Notes under the pieces: model-generated
Database searches by the model: none
Told to the model about the DNA's origin: nothing
Seen by the model: the letters and a program-made list of their open reading frames with translations, nothing else
Position numbers and translations under genes: made by a program
In this document: piece by piece, positions 28,471-37,446 of the stretch
Position numbering within the stretch: the first letter of the stretch is position 1
Layout of the letters: every line of letters starts with the position of its first letter
From: Thermoanaerobaculia bacterium
GTDB taxonomy: Bacteria > Acidobacteriota > Thermoanaerobaculia > UBA5066
NCBI GenBank assembly: GCA_038245905.1
Contig: JBBRRY010000026.1
Location: forward strand, 1 to 58,928
Direction of reading: 5' to 3'
DNA length: 58,928 nucleotides

Positions 28471-29094
28471 CTAATGCCGCCGCATGAGGTCGAGGAACTC
28501 CTCTCGGACGGCCTTCTGGAGGAAGATTCCCCGGATGGCCGATGTGACCGTCACGGCACCCGGCTTCTTGACGCCGCGCATCTCCACGCAGAGGTGCCGC
28601 GCTTCGATCACGACCATGACGCCCTGCGGCTTCAGCTCCTCTTCGAGGAAGCCCGCAACCTGTTCCGTGAGGCGCTCCTGGAGCTGGGGGCGACGCGCGA
28701 AGAAGTCGAGGAGGCGCGGGAGCTTCGAGAGACCGACGATTTTCTCGTTCGGGATGTACGCGATCGTGCCGTGTCCGTAGAACGGCACGAAGTGGTGCGC
28801 GCACATGGAGTAAAAGGGGATCTCCTTCTCCATGACCATGGCCGTGTAGTGCTCTTCGTTGGGGAACGTCGTGAGCTTCGGGCGCGTGCCGACGTCGAGG
28901 CCGGAAAAGATCTCGAGATACATCTTGGCGACCCGGAGGTCCGTGTCGACGAGATTCGGGTCCTTGTCGGGACACAGCCCGAGAATCCGGATGATCTCTT
29001 TCACGTGGCCGGCGATCTGGAGGACACGGGGGTCCGAAGCCTTGCCGTTCTCGAGGACGACCGAGGGATCCTGTGTGAGGTTTTGCGGGCTCAT
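28471..29094 (-). CDS. folE: GTP cyclohydrolase I
   Basis: SMCAHHFVPF, VGLSKLPR, QLQERLT and HLCVEMRGV motifs. Confidence 0.96.
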   Translation of the reverse strand: MSPQNLTQDPSVVLENGKASDPRVLQIAGHVKEIIRILGLCPDKDPNLVDTDLRVAKMYLEIFSGLDVGTRPKLTTFPNEEHYTAMVMEKEIPFYSMCAHHFVPFYGHGTIAYIPNEKIVGLSKLPRLLDFFARRPQLQERLTEQVAGFLEEELKPQGVMVVIEARHLCVEMRGVKKPGAVTVTSAIRGIFLQKAVREEFLDLMRRH

Positions 29095-29126
29095 GCGGGC
29101 ATCATACGAAAGGAAGGGGAGGACGG

Positions 29127-30578
29127 ATGGCCCACGAAGACGACCGAGAGGCGCGGGCGACGCGCATCGTCGCCACGATCGCCGGCAATGCGGAGAAACC
29201 GGGAGCGCTGGCCGCGCTCCTCGAAGCTGGGGTCGACGTCGTGCGCCTGAACGGGGCCCACTGCAGGGCGGGCGACATTTCCCGCGTCGTGGCCCTCGTG
29301 CGCCGCGTGTCCCGGTCCCGCCGCTCGCCGACAGGCGTTCTGCTCGATCTCGGCGGCCCGAAGATCCGTGTCGGCGCGCTTCCCGGCGCTCCTCTTTCTC
29401 TCGTGAGCGGCCAGACGGTGGAGCTCTTCCCCGGCGCGGGCGCCGAGGAGGCGCCGGAAGGCACGGCGCGCCTCGCGGTGACGTATCCGGCGCTCCTCAG
29501 GGACATCGAACCGGGCGCCGAGATCCGCATCGACGACGGGCGGATCCGCTTGCGCGTGCAAGAGCGCGTCCGGCGCGCCCTCTTCGCGATCGTCGAGATG
29601 GGGGGCCGCGTGAAGACCGGGGCCGGAGTGAATTTCCCGAACTCCGCCCTGTCCGCGCCCGCGCTCACGGCGAAGGACCGGCGGGATCTCGCCGAGGGGC
29701 TCGAGGCCGGCGTCGATTTCGTGGGGCTCTCGTTCGTGCGGAGCTCGGCGCACGTCGCGCAGCTTCGTCGCCTCCTCGCCCGTGTCGAACCCGTGCACCG
29801 CCCCTGGGTCGTGTCCAAGATCGAGCGGAAGGAAGCCCTCACCGCTCTCGACGAGCTCGCCGCGGTTTCGGATGTCCTCATGGTCGCCCGGGGAGACCTC
29901 GGAGTGGAGATCGGCCTCGCGAACGTGCCGCGCGCGCAGCGCGAGATTCTCGCGGCGGGCCGCCGGCACGGCGTGCCCGTCATCGTCGCGACTCAAATGC
30001 TGGAATCCATGATCAAGGACCCGACGCCGACGCGCGCGGAAGTGTCGGACGTGGCCGGTGCCGTCCACGACGGAGCGGACGCCGTGATGTTGTCGGGCGA
30101 GACCGCAGTGGGCGCGTGGCCCGTCGAGGCCGTCGAGGCGATGGCCGAGATCGCGCGCGAGGCCGAGGTGCCGGAAGCGGGCTTCGTGCGCGAAGACGTG
30201 TCGCGCCCCCCGCCCGGCGATTTCGCGGCGGTCGTGGCGCACACGGCGGCCGGAATGGCGCGCGACGCGCATGCCGTGGCCATGATCGTCTACACGGAGT
30301 CGGGACGGACGGCTCGCCTCGTGTCGAAGAACCCGCTTTCGGTTCCGGTTTTCGCGTTCACGTCGCACGAGAGGGTGCGGCAGAAATTGACGCTGCTCCG
30401 CGACGTCACCTCTTTCCACGTCCCGGAGGCGCGAAGCGTCGAGGCGCTGATTCGCGCCGGAGACGCGGTCCTGTCCCGGCTGCCGGGCCTGGCCGGCGCG
30501 GTCGTCGTCGAAATTTCGGGAACCGCCCAGGCGGAGGGCGCGACGAACACCGTTCGGGTGAGGCGCGTGCCGTGCTGA
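29127..30578 (+). CDS. pyk: Pyruvate kinase
   Basis: DLGGPKIR, LSFVR, KIE, MVARGDLGVE, ATQMLESM and DAVMLSGETA motifs. Confidence 0.95.
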   Translation: MAHEDDREARATRIVATIAGNAEKPGALAALLEAGVDVVRLNGAHCRAGDISRVVALVRRVSRSRRSPTGVLLDLGGPKIRVGALPGAPLSLVSGQTVELFPGAGAEEAPEGTARLAVTYPALLRDIEPGAEIRIDDGRIRLRVQERVRRALFAIVEMGGRVKTGAGVNFPNSALSAPALTAKDRRDLAEGLEAGVDFVGLSFVRSSAHVAQLRRLLARVEPVHRPWVVSKIERKEALTALDELAAVSDVLMVARGDLGVEIGLANVPRAQREILAAGRRHGVPVIVATQMLESMIKDPTPTRAEVSDVAGAVHDGADAVMLSGETAVGAWPVEAVEAMAEIAREAEVPEAGFVREDVSRPPPGDFAAVVAHTAAGMARDAHAVAMIVYTESGRTARLVSKNPLSVPVFAFTSHERVRQKLTLLRDVTSFHVPEARSVEALIRAGDAVLSRLPGLAGAVVVEISGTAQAEGATNTVRVRRVPC

Positions 30579-30585
30579 GCGGCAG

Positions 30586-32316
30586 TCAGTCGCCGTCCGG
30601 CGGGTCGTCCTCGGGGGAGGCCGGCGGAAGCGCCGGCGGTTTCGGAACGCCCCGAGGCGCGATCTCGAGGTCCTCGCCGTCCATCTCGGCCGGGTCGTAG
30701 GGCACGCCGAGATACGAGAGGATGGTGGGAGCAAGGTCCACGGTCCGCGCCGCGTGGAGGACGCCCGGCGTCACGCCGGGACCCGCGAAGAGAAACGGCA
30801 CGACGGTGTCGCTCCGCGAAAGTGAGCCGTGGCCCGCGGCATAACCCCTCGTGAACCCATAGCCGTCTTTGGGCGAGAGGAACACGTCGGGGGACCTCGG
30901 GGAGTCGAAGAACTCCGGGAGCTGCACGACGAGGTCCGGGAATTCCGTCTCGGCCGTCGCCTCGAGCCATTCGTCCGGATCGTGGGCTGAGCCGAGGAGG
31001 GGCGCGGCGGCGGAATGGGTGTAGCCGAGGGGGTCGTCTCCCTCGAGGACGCGGTAGAAGTAGAGCGATTCGAGGCCGTCACGGTCCTCTCGCACGATCT
31101 CCGCCCGGCCGGACGGGCCGTAGAGGGCCACCGAGCCGGAGGAGCGGCCCCGGGTCGCGACGAGACGGACCTCCGGCGCCCGGGCGAGCGTCGCGGCGAA
31201 AAGCGACGCGTCCGGGATCTTCAAAGGCTCGCCGGGCGGGGTGCGCGCCTTCCGCTTCCGGCGCGGCGCACGGAATGCGCTCGGGACGTCTTCGGGCGGC
31301 CGGTTCGCGGGGAGCCAGATCATGACCCCTCGGTAGGCCCCGACGGCGATCATGGCGTCCCCGACGTCGTACGCCTTGTCTTTTCGGGTGGCCGGGACGA
31401 GGACGCAATCGCCCGCGCTGCAGTCCGCCTCGGTGGGGTTCGCGCGGAGGGCGCGGTTCACGAGCTCGTTCGCGTCGACGAACGTGCCGTACGAACGATT
31501 GCCGTGATCTCCGACGAGGACGAAGAGAATGCGCTCGTCGAGATGCCGACGCCTGAGTCGACGCAGGAGGCGTCCAAACGCTTCGTCGATCGCGGACATC
31601 GTGACCTGGAACTCGTGGCTTTCCGGCCCGCTCACATGCGCGACTTCGTCCGGACCCACGAAGTGCGCCCAGACGAGGGGAGGCACGCGTCCTGCCGCAG
31701 CCGCGCCTGCATAGGCGTCGCCTACGTCGTCGAGAGTCTTGCGGTCCAGGAGAGACCATTCATTGCGCGCGTACGACGCGACGAGGGCGATCCGGTTCCG
31801 GGCATGCACCGACACGCCTCGGGCGATGGGCGTCGTCACGGCGACGGTATCGCCAGGGAGACGCTCGAAGAGCGTCCGCGCCTCGGGCACGAGATAGTCG
31901 GTCGACGAGAAGATTCCGAGGATGTTCGTGTGCGCTTCCCGGACCCTGAGCCGCCGGTCGAGCCAGATGTTCGCGGGGATCCCGTGATGGCCCGGGAGGA
32001 GACCCGTTTCGAGCGACGCGAGGTTCGGGTACGTCTCGCTCGGGACGGAGGCGACCGCGGTCTCGACCCGAAGGCCCCGGTCCACGATCCGGGCCTTCAG
32101 GTTCGGAAGGGCGCCCGAGGCGACGAGCCCGTCGAACGCCTCGGCCGAGAGCCCGTCGAAGAGGAGGACGCAGACGGAGGGCCCCGAATCCGCGTGGACT
32201 CTCTCCGCGGCTGTCTGTGCGCGGGCGTGTATCGAGCAGCCCGCGGCCCCGAGGAGTACGGAGCCGATCGCGGCGCAAGCGGCCGCCCGGGCGGTAAGGG
32301 AAGTCGGACGTCTCAC
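30586..32316 (-). CDS. Alkaline phosphatase superfamily protein (nucleotide pyrophosphatase/phosphodiesterase-like), likely exported
   Basis: LLFDGL, PSETYPN, PDEVAH, VGDHG and GHGSL motifs. N-terminal LLGAAGC. Start inferred at GTG 32316. Confidence 0.82.
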   Translation of the reverse strand: MRRPTSLTARAAACAAIGSVLLGAAGCSIHARAQTAAERVHADSGPSVCVLLFDGLSAEAFDGLVASGALPNLKARIVDRGLRVETAVASVPSETYPNLASLETGLLPGHHGIPANIWLDRRLRVREAHTNILGIFSSTDYLVPEARTLFERLPGDTVAVTTPIARGVSVHARNRIALVASYARNEWSLLDRKTLDDVGDAYAGAAAAGRVPPLVWAHFVGPDEVAHVSGPESHEFQVTMSAIDEAFGRLLRRLRRRHLDERILFVLVGDHGNRSYGTFVDANELVNRALRANPTEADCSAGDCVLVPATRKDKAYDVGDAMIAVGAYRGVMIWLPANRPPEDVPSAFRAPRRKRKARTPPGEPLKIPDASLFAATLARAPEVRLVATRGRSSGSVALYGPSGRAEIVREDRDGLESLYFYRVLEGDDPLGYTHSAAAPLLGSAHDPDEWLEATAETEFPDLVVQLPEFFDSPRSPDVFLSPKDGYGFTRGYAAGHGSLSRSDTVVPFLFAGPGVTPGVLHAARTVDLAPTILSYLGVPYDPAEMDGEDLEIAPRGVPKPPALPPASPEDDPPDGD

Positions 32317-32366
32317 GCAGGAAGGGTACCCGATCGCGCGGCGCGAGCCGCTGCTACCATGCACTC

Positions 32367-33242
32367 GTGACTGCGTTTCGGGGCGCCGATCTCCATTGCC
32401 ATTCGACGTTCTCGGACGGCCTCGAGTCGCCCGCCGAGCTCGTGCAGAGGGGCGTGGATGCCGGCCTCTCGGTTCTCGCGCTTTCCGATCATGATGCCGT
32501 TCACGGACTGCCCGAATTCGAGGCCGCGGCGAGGGGTACCGGCCTCGTGACCGTGACCGCGAGCGAGCTTTCGACGCGCTGCAACGGGGACGACGTCCAC
32601 GTTCTCGGCCTCTTCCTCGATCCGGACGAACCGGAGCTTCGGGCGCGGCTGGCCCGGTTCCGTGAGGACCGCGACACCCGCGGGAACGCGATGGTCGAGA
32701 AGCTCCTCGCCCTCGGCATGCCGCTCGACATCGAGGAGATCCGCGTCGTCGTGGGCGAGGGCGCCTTCGGCCGCCCGCACATCGCGCGCGCGATGGTCGC
32801 GAAGGGATACGTCAAGACGCTCGACGAAGCGTTCGACCGATTCCTCTCGCACGGTAAGCCGGGTTACGTGCCGAAGCCGAAGTGGACCCTCGAAGAGGCG
32901 ATCGCGGCCATCCGCAAGGCGGGCGGGTTGTCCGTCGTCGCGCATCCCATCTGGTACCGCGATCCCGAGAGGGTCGTTTCCCTCGGCGTCGCCGCGGGCC
33001 TCGACGGCCTCGAGGTGATCCACGCCGACCAGGACGGACAGAAGGAGAACGCGTTCGGCATCCTCGCGGAGCGCGAGGGACTCCTCAAGTCGGCGGGATC
33101 GGACTACCACGGCCCGCCAGAGGGCCGGAAGCGCGTCGGCGCGTGCAAGCTCGACGAGGAGAACTGGAACCGGATGGTCGCGGCGGCGACGAAGCGTCGC
33201 GCCGAGGCGGGCCGTCCGCCCCTCGATCTCCACCCCCGATAA
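32367..33242 (+). CDS. PHP domain protein (TrpH/YciV-like)
   Basis: DLHCHSTFSDG, ALSDHD, GRPHIARA, AHP and GSDYHG motifs. Confidence 0.92.
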   Translation: MTAFRGADLHCHSTFSDGLESPAELVQRGVDAGLSVLALSDHDAVHGLPEFEAAARGTGLVTVTASELSTRCNGDDVHVLGLFLDPDEPELRARLARFREDRDTRGNAMVEKLLALGMPLDIEEIRVVVGEGAFGRPHIARAMVAKGYVKTLDEAFDRFLSHGKPGYVPKPKWTLEEAIAAIRKAGGLSVVAHPIWYRDPERVVSLGVAAGLDGLEVIHADQDGQKENAFGILAEREGLLKSAGSDYHGPPEGRKRVGACKLDEENWNRMVAAATKRRAEAGRPPLDLHPR

Positions 33243-33290
33243 GCCCGGTCTCCCGTCAGATTCCCAGCCGCGATATTCTTCCCGGCCCCC

Positions 33291-34646
33291 ATGTCTGCCC
33301 TCGCTCCCGCCGGCTCCGAAGTCCTTCCCGCGCGTCCCGACGCCGAGCGGAGCCTTCTGGGCGCGATCCTCATCGAGGGCTCGCTCCTCTCGCGCGTCAT
33401 GGAGTTCCTCGTGCCGGAGGATTTCGCGAGCGAAGCGCATCGCCTCGTCTACGAGGCGTGCCTCACGCTCGCGGACCGGCGCGAGGGCGTGGACCTCGTG
33501 ATGGTGCAGAGCGAGCTCGAGAAGACCGGTCGGCTCGAGCGCGCGGGCGGCCCGGCCGTTCTCTCGGCGCTCGTCGACCGGGTGCCCGACGTCGAGAACG
33601 TCGAGAGCTACGCTCGGCTCGTGCGCGAGGCCTCGCTCCGGCGCCTCGTCATCTTCCAGTCTCGGCGCGCGATCCGCGATGCGGTCTCGGCCCCCGATGC
33701 CGAGACGGTCCTCGAGAACGCGCAGCGCGATCTCGTCGAGATCGCAAAGGGCTCGATCCGGGGCGGCTTCGTGAAGCTCTCGACGATCGCCGAGAAGAAC
33801 GAAGTCGAGATCCAGAACATCCACGGGCGCGGCACGATGCTGACAGGCCTGCCCACGGGATTCACCCGGCTCAACGCGCTCACCCAGGGATTCCAGAAGA
33901 CGGACCTCATCGTCGTCGCCGCCCGCCCGGGCATGGGGAAGACCGCGTTCGCGCTCAACATCGCCTCGTATCTGACGATCCACCAGAAGCACGTCGTCGG
34001 CTTCTTCTCGCTCGAGATGTCGGCCGAGCAGCTCGGCTTCCGCATTCAGTGTGCCGAGGCGCGAGTGAACCTCCAGCGCCTGCGCGAGGGTCGGCTGTCG
34101 AAGGAAGAGAAAAAGGCGCTCTTCTTCTCGACGCAGCAGATGCGCGAGGCCCAGCTATTCGTCGACGACACTCCGGCCACGACTCTCCTCGAAATGCGTG
34201 CCCGGGCGCTTCAGCTCAAGCAGCGACACGGCCTCGACGCGCTCTTCGTCGACTACCTCCAGATCATGGGCTCGCGCGGCAAGGTCGAGAACCGCACGCA
34301 GGAGGTCAGCGCATTCTCCCGGGGCTTGAAGGCGCTCGCGAAAGAGCTCGGCGTGCCGGTCATCGCGCTCTCGCAGCTTTCGCGGCGCACCGAGCAGAGG
34401 GGTTCCGAAAAGGAGCCGGTGCTCTCGGACCTGCGTGAGTCGGGAGCCATCGAGCAGGACGCCGACGTCGTTCTCTTCCTGTCCCGGCCCGAGTACTACG
34501 ACAAGGACACCGAACAGAAGAACGTCTGCGACGTCATCATCGGCAAGCAGCGGAACGGCCCGACCGACCGCTTCACGCTCGGCTGGTCAGGGGAGTACAC
34601 CCGCTTCTCCGACCTTGCGATGATGTCCGAGGGTCCGGGGCTCTGA
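33291..34646 (+). CDS. dnaB: Replicative DNA helicase
   Basis: AARPGMGKT, FSLEMS, VDYLQIM, LSQLSR and SDLRESGAIEQDAD motifs. No intein. Confidence 0.97.
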   Translation: MSALAPAGSEVLPARPDAERSLLGAILIEGSLLSRVMEFLVPEDFASEAHRLVYEACLTLADRREGVDLVMVQSELEKTGRLERAGGPAVLSALVDRVPDVENVESYARLVREASLRRLVIFQSRRAIRDAVSAPDAETVLENAQRDLVEIAKGSIRGGFVKLSTIAEKNEVEIQNIHGRGTMLTGLPTGFTRLNALTQGFQKTDLIVVAARPGMGKTAFALNIASYLTIHQKHVVGFFSLEMSAEQLGFRIQCAEARVNLQRLREGRLSKEEKKALFFSTQQMREAQLFVDDTPATTLLEMRARALQLKQRHGLDALFVDYLQIMGSRGKVENRTQEVSAFSRGLKALAKELGVPVIALSQLSRRTEQRGSEKEPVLSDLRESGAIEQDADVVLFLSRPEYYDKDTEQKNVCDVIIGKQRNGPTDRFTLGWSGEYTRFSDLAMMSEGPGL

Positions 34647-35854
34647 CCACGCCCCTCCGTCCCACCCACGCCGTCGTCGACCTCGATGCGCTCGCGTCGA
34701 ACTACCGGGCGATCGCGCGCGCCCTGCCGGAGGGCTGCCTCCCGATGCCCGTCGTCAAGGCCGACGCCTACGGCCACGGCGCCGTCCACGTCGCCCGCCG
34801 GCTCGCGAAGGAAGGCGCGACGATCTTTGCGGTCGCCGTCGCCGAGGAGGGCCTGGAGCTGCGCCGGGCGGGAATCCTGCAACCGATCCTCGTCATGGGG
34901 TGGATCGGAAGAGATCAGCTTGCTTCCCTCGTAGAGGGCGGGCTGACCGCCAATATCCATTCGGTGGAACAGGCGGAGGAATTGAAGAATTTCTTGGAAG
35001 GGGGAGAGGGGAGAGGGCCCCTCCCGGTCCATCTCAAGCTCGACACCGGAATGACTCGGCTCGGAATCCTCCCCGCCGAACTGCCACGAATGCTCGATCT
35101 CATCGACGGAATGAAGAATAGGATTTTCTTAGAAGGGGTATTTCAGAACTTCGCCTCGGCAGACGATCCTGGCGGCGCGCAAACCGAGTCGCAGGCGCAC
35201 ACCTTCGAAGAAATCCTGGCCCTCGTTCTTTCTCGCGGCCACAGGCCTTCCATGATCCACACCGACAACAGCGCGGCGACGATGGCGCGGCTGGTGAATC
35301 CCCCTTCTAAGAAATCTTCTCTTCTCTCTTCTCTTCGTGAAGTCACTCATGTCCGCCCCGGCCTTGCCCTGTACGCACGGGTCCCCGGTCTTTCCTCCGA
35401 AACAAATGATTCTCTCCGGGACGTGATGTCGTTCGTCTCCGTCGTCGACCAGGTCAAGACCGTCCCTGCGGGGACGCGGGTGGGCTATGGCGGGACGTTC
35501 GTCTGTTCGCGAACGACGACGCTCGCGATCGTGCCGGCCGGATACGCTGATGGCGTGCCGCGGTCGCTGTCCGGGCAAGGCGCGGTGCTGATCGCGGGGA
35601 CACGTTGTCCGATCGTCGGGCGCGTCTCGATGGACGCGACGGCCGTAGACGTGACGGACCTGCAGTCGCCGCCCGCGCGCGGCGACGAAGCGGTGTTCTT
35701 CGGGAGGCAAGCCGGCACTCGCCTGGGCGTTGACGAGGTCGCGGCCGCGGCCGGCACGGTCGCGTGGGAGATCCTCTGCGGGGTCGGCCCGCGCGTGCCA
35801 CGTATCATTCTGTCCGGAGGAAAGATCGTGGCGCGGGAGTCGAAGTTTCTGTGA
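34643..35854 (+). CDS. alr: Alanine racemase (probable CTG start overlapping dnaB stop)
   Basis: VVKADAYGHG, HLKLDTGMTRLG, VGYG, GYADG and GRVSMD motifs. The conserved N-terminus RPTHAVVDLDALASNY lies upstream of the first ATG (34745). Confidence 0.9.
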   Translation: MTTPLRPTHAVVDLDALASNYRAIARALPEGCLPMPVVKADAYGHGAVHVARRLAKEGATIFAVAVAEEGLELRRAGILQPILVMGWIGRDQLASLVEGGLTANIHSVEQAEELKNFLEGGEGRGPLPVHLKLDTGMTRLGILPAELPRMLDLIDGMKNRIFLEGVFQNFASADDPGGAQTESQAHTFEEILALVLSRGHRPSMIHTDNSAATMARLVNPPSKKSSLLSSLREVTHVRPGLALYARVPGLSSETNDSLRDVMSFVSVVDQVKTVPAGTRVGYGGTFVCSRTTTLAIVPAGYADGVPRSLSGQGAVLIAGTRCPIVGRVSMDATAVDVTDLQSPPARGDEAVFFGRQAGTRLGVDEVAAAAGTVAWEILCGVGPRVPRIILSGGKIVARESKFL

Positions 35855-36621
35855 ACGCCTTTTTCGAGTTCTTCGGGCGCGGGTTCCTGAACGTGACGGA
35901 GGGAGTCGGCCGCTTCTTCGTGCTCCTCGGCCTGACGCTGCGCGGCGTCGTGACGCCTCCCTTCTCGCCCGTCTCGACGGCGCGCCAGGTCGTGCGCGTG
36001 GGGGTGGACTCGGTCCCGGTCGTGCTCCTGACCGCGTTCTTCACGGGAGGTGTCCTCGCCCTCCAGACGTTCAAGGGCTTCCAGCGATTTCACGCCGAGG
36101 GCTACATCGGCTCGGTCGTGGCGCTCTCGATGCTGCGCGAGCTGGGGCCGGTTCTGACGGGTCTCATGGTGACAGGCCGCGCCGGCAGTGCGATGGCGGC
36201 CGAGCTCGGCTCGATGCGCGTCACCGAGCAGATCGACGCGCTCGTGTCCCTCGCGACCGATCCCGTGCAATACCTCTTCGTGCCGCGGGTCCTCGCGTCC
36301 ATCCTCGTCGTCCCGATGCTGGTCGTCCTCGCGGACGCGGTCGGTATCCTCGGGGGTTACCTCGTGGCCGTCGAATATCTCGGCGCGAATCCCGTCGTCT
36401 ACATGAACAACACCTTCCAGTTCCTCTCGATGGAGGACATGACCTCGGGCCTCATCAAGGCCGCGGTGTTCGGCTTCCTCCTTTCCCTCGTGGGCTGCCA
36501 GTGCGGTTACGACACGACGGGCGGCGCCGAGGGCGTGGGCCTCTCGACGACGAAGGCCGTCGTCATGGGCTCCCTCGCGATCCTCATCGCGGACTTCTTC
36601 CTGACGAAGGTGCTGTTCTGA
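35851..36621 (+). CDS. mlaE: MlaE family ABC permease
   Basis: LRELGPVLTGLMVTGRAGSAMAAELGSMRVTEQIDAL and GGAEGVG motifs. Confidence 0.93.
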   Translation: MNAFFEFFGRGFLNVTEGVGRFFVLLGLTLRGVVTPPFSPVSTARQVVRVGVDSVPVVLLTAFFTGGVLALQTFKGFQRFHAEGYIGSVVALSMLRELGPVLTGLMVTGRAGSAMAAELGSMRVTEQIDALVSLATDPVQYLFVPRVLASILVVPMLVVLADAVGILGGYLVAVEYLGANPVVYMNNTFQFLSMEDMTSGLIKAAVFGFLLSLVGCQCGYDTTGGAEGVGLSTTKAVVMGSLAILIADFFLTKVLF

Positions 36622-36647
36622 GCGCGGCGAAGGGCGCTCCGCCCGCG

Positions 36648-37436
36648 GTGAAGCTTACGAAGCTCACGAAGAGCTTCGGGACGAAGACCGTGCTCTCCGG
36701 GCTCGACCTGACCGTCGTCAAAGGTGAGTCGCTCGTCCTCGTCGGGCAGTCGGGGATCGGGAAGAGCGTCCTCCTGAAACACGTCATCGGGCTCCTGAAA
36801 CCCGATTCGGGGACCGTCGAGATCGACGGGGAAGACCTGTGGAAGGTGCCGCCCCGGGATCGCGACCGCCTGCGGAGGAAGTTTGGGATGTCGTTCCAGG
36901 AAGGCGCTCTCTTCGACTCGATGAGCGTCGGCGAGAACATCGCCTTCCCGCTCACGCGCCACACGAAGAAATCGAAGAAGGAGATCGCGGATCGCGTGGC
37001 GGAGTGCCTCGAGCTCGTGCGCCTCCCGGGGATCGAGGAGAAGCGCCCGTCCGAGCTCTCGGGAGGGATGCGGCGGCGCGTGGGATTCGCGCGGGCCATC
37101 GCGTTGCAGCCGGAGATTCTCCTCTTCGACGAGCCCACGACCGGCCTCGACCCGATCACGACGGACGTCGTCGTCAAGGTCATCGAGGAGATGCGCTCCC
37201 GGCTCAAGCCGACGGCGATCACGATCACGCATGACCTTAAGGTCGTCTTCGGAATCGCGGACCGAGTGGGGCTGCTGTCCGGGGGAAAAATCCTCGTGGA
37301 CATGACCCCGAAGGAATTCGAACAGTCGAAGGATCCGCGCGTCGCGGCCTTCGTGACCGGTGACAGCGAGCTCGCGCCCCCGGAGGCCGAGCCCGATCGG
37401 CGCCCCGCGGCATCGTCCGCCGAGGCGCATCCGTGA
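36648..37436 (+). CDS. mlaF: MlaF family ABC ATPase
   Basis: GQSGIGKS, FQEGALFDS, LSGGMRRRV and DEPTTGLDP motifs. Start is GTG 36648 or CTG 36618. Confidence 0.92.
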   Translation: MKLTKLTKSFGTKTVLSGLDLTVVKGESLVLVGQSGIGKSVLLKHVIGLLKPDSGTVEIDGEDLWKVPPRDRDRLRRKFGMSFQEGALFDSMSVGENIAFPLTRHTKKSKKEIADRVAECLELVRLPGIEEKRPSELSGGMRRRVGFARAIALQPEILLFDEPTTGLDPITTDVVVKVIEEMRSRLKPTAITITHDLKVVFGIADRVGLLSGGKILVDMTPKEFEQSKDPRVAAFVTGDSELAPPEAEPDRRPAASSAEAHP

Positions 37437-37446
37437 GGGAGACCGC

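Noticed and set aside
33291-34646. Intein in DnaB
   Set aside because: Normal length with contiguous motifs.
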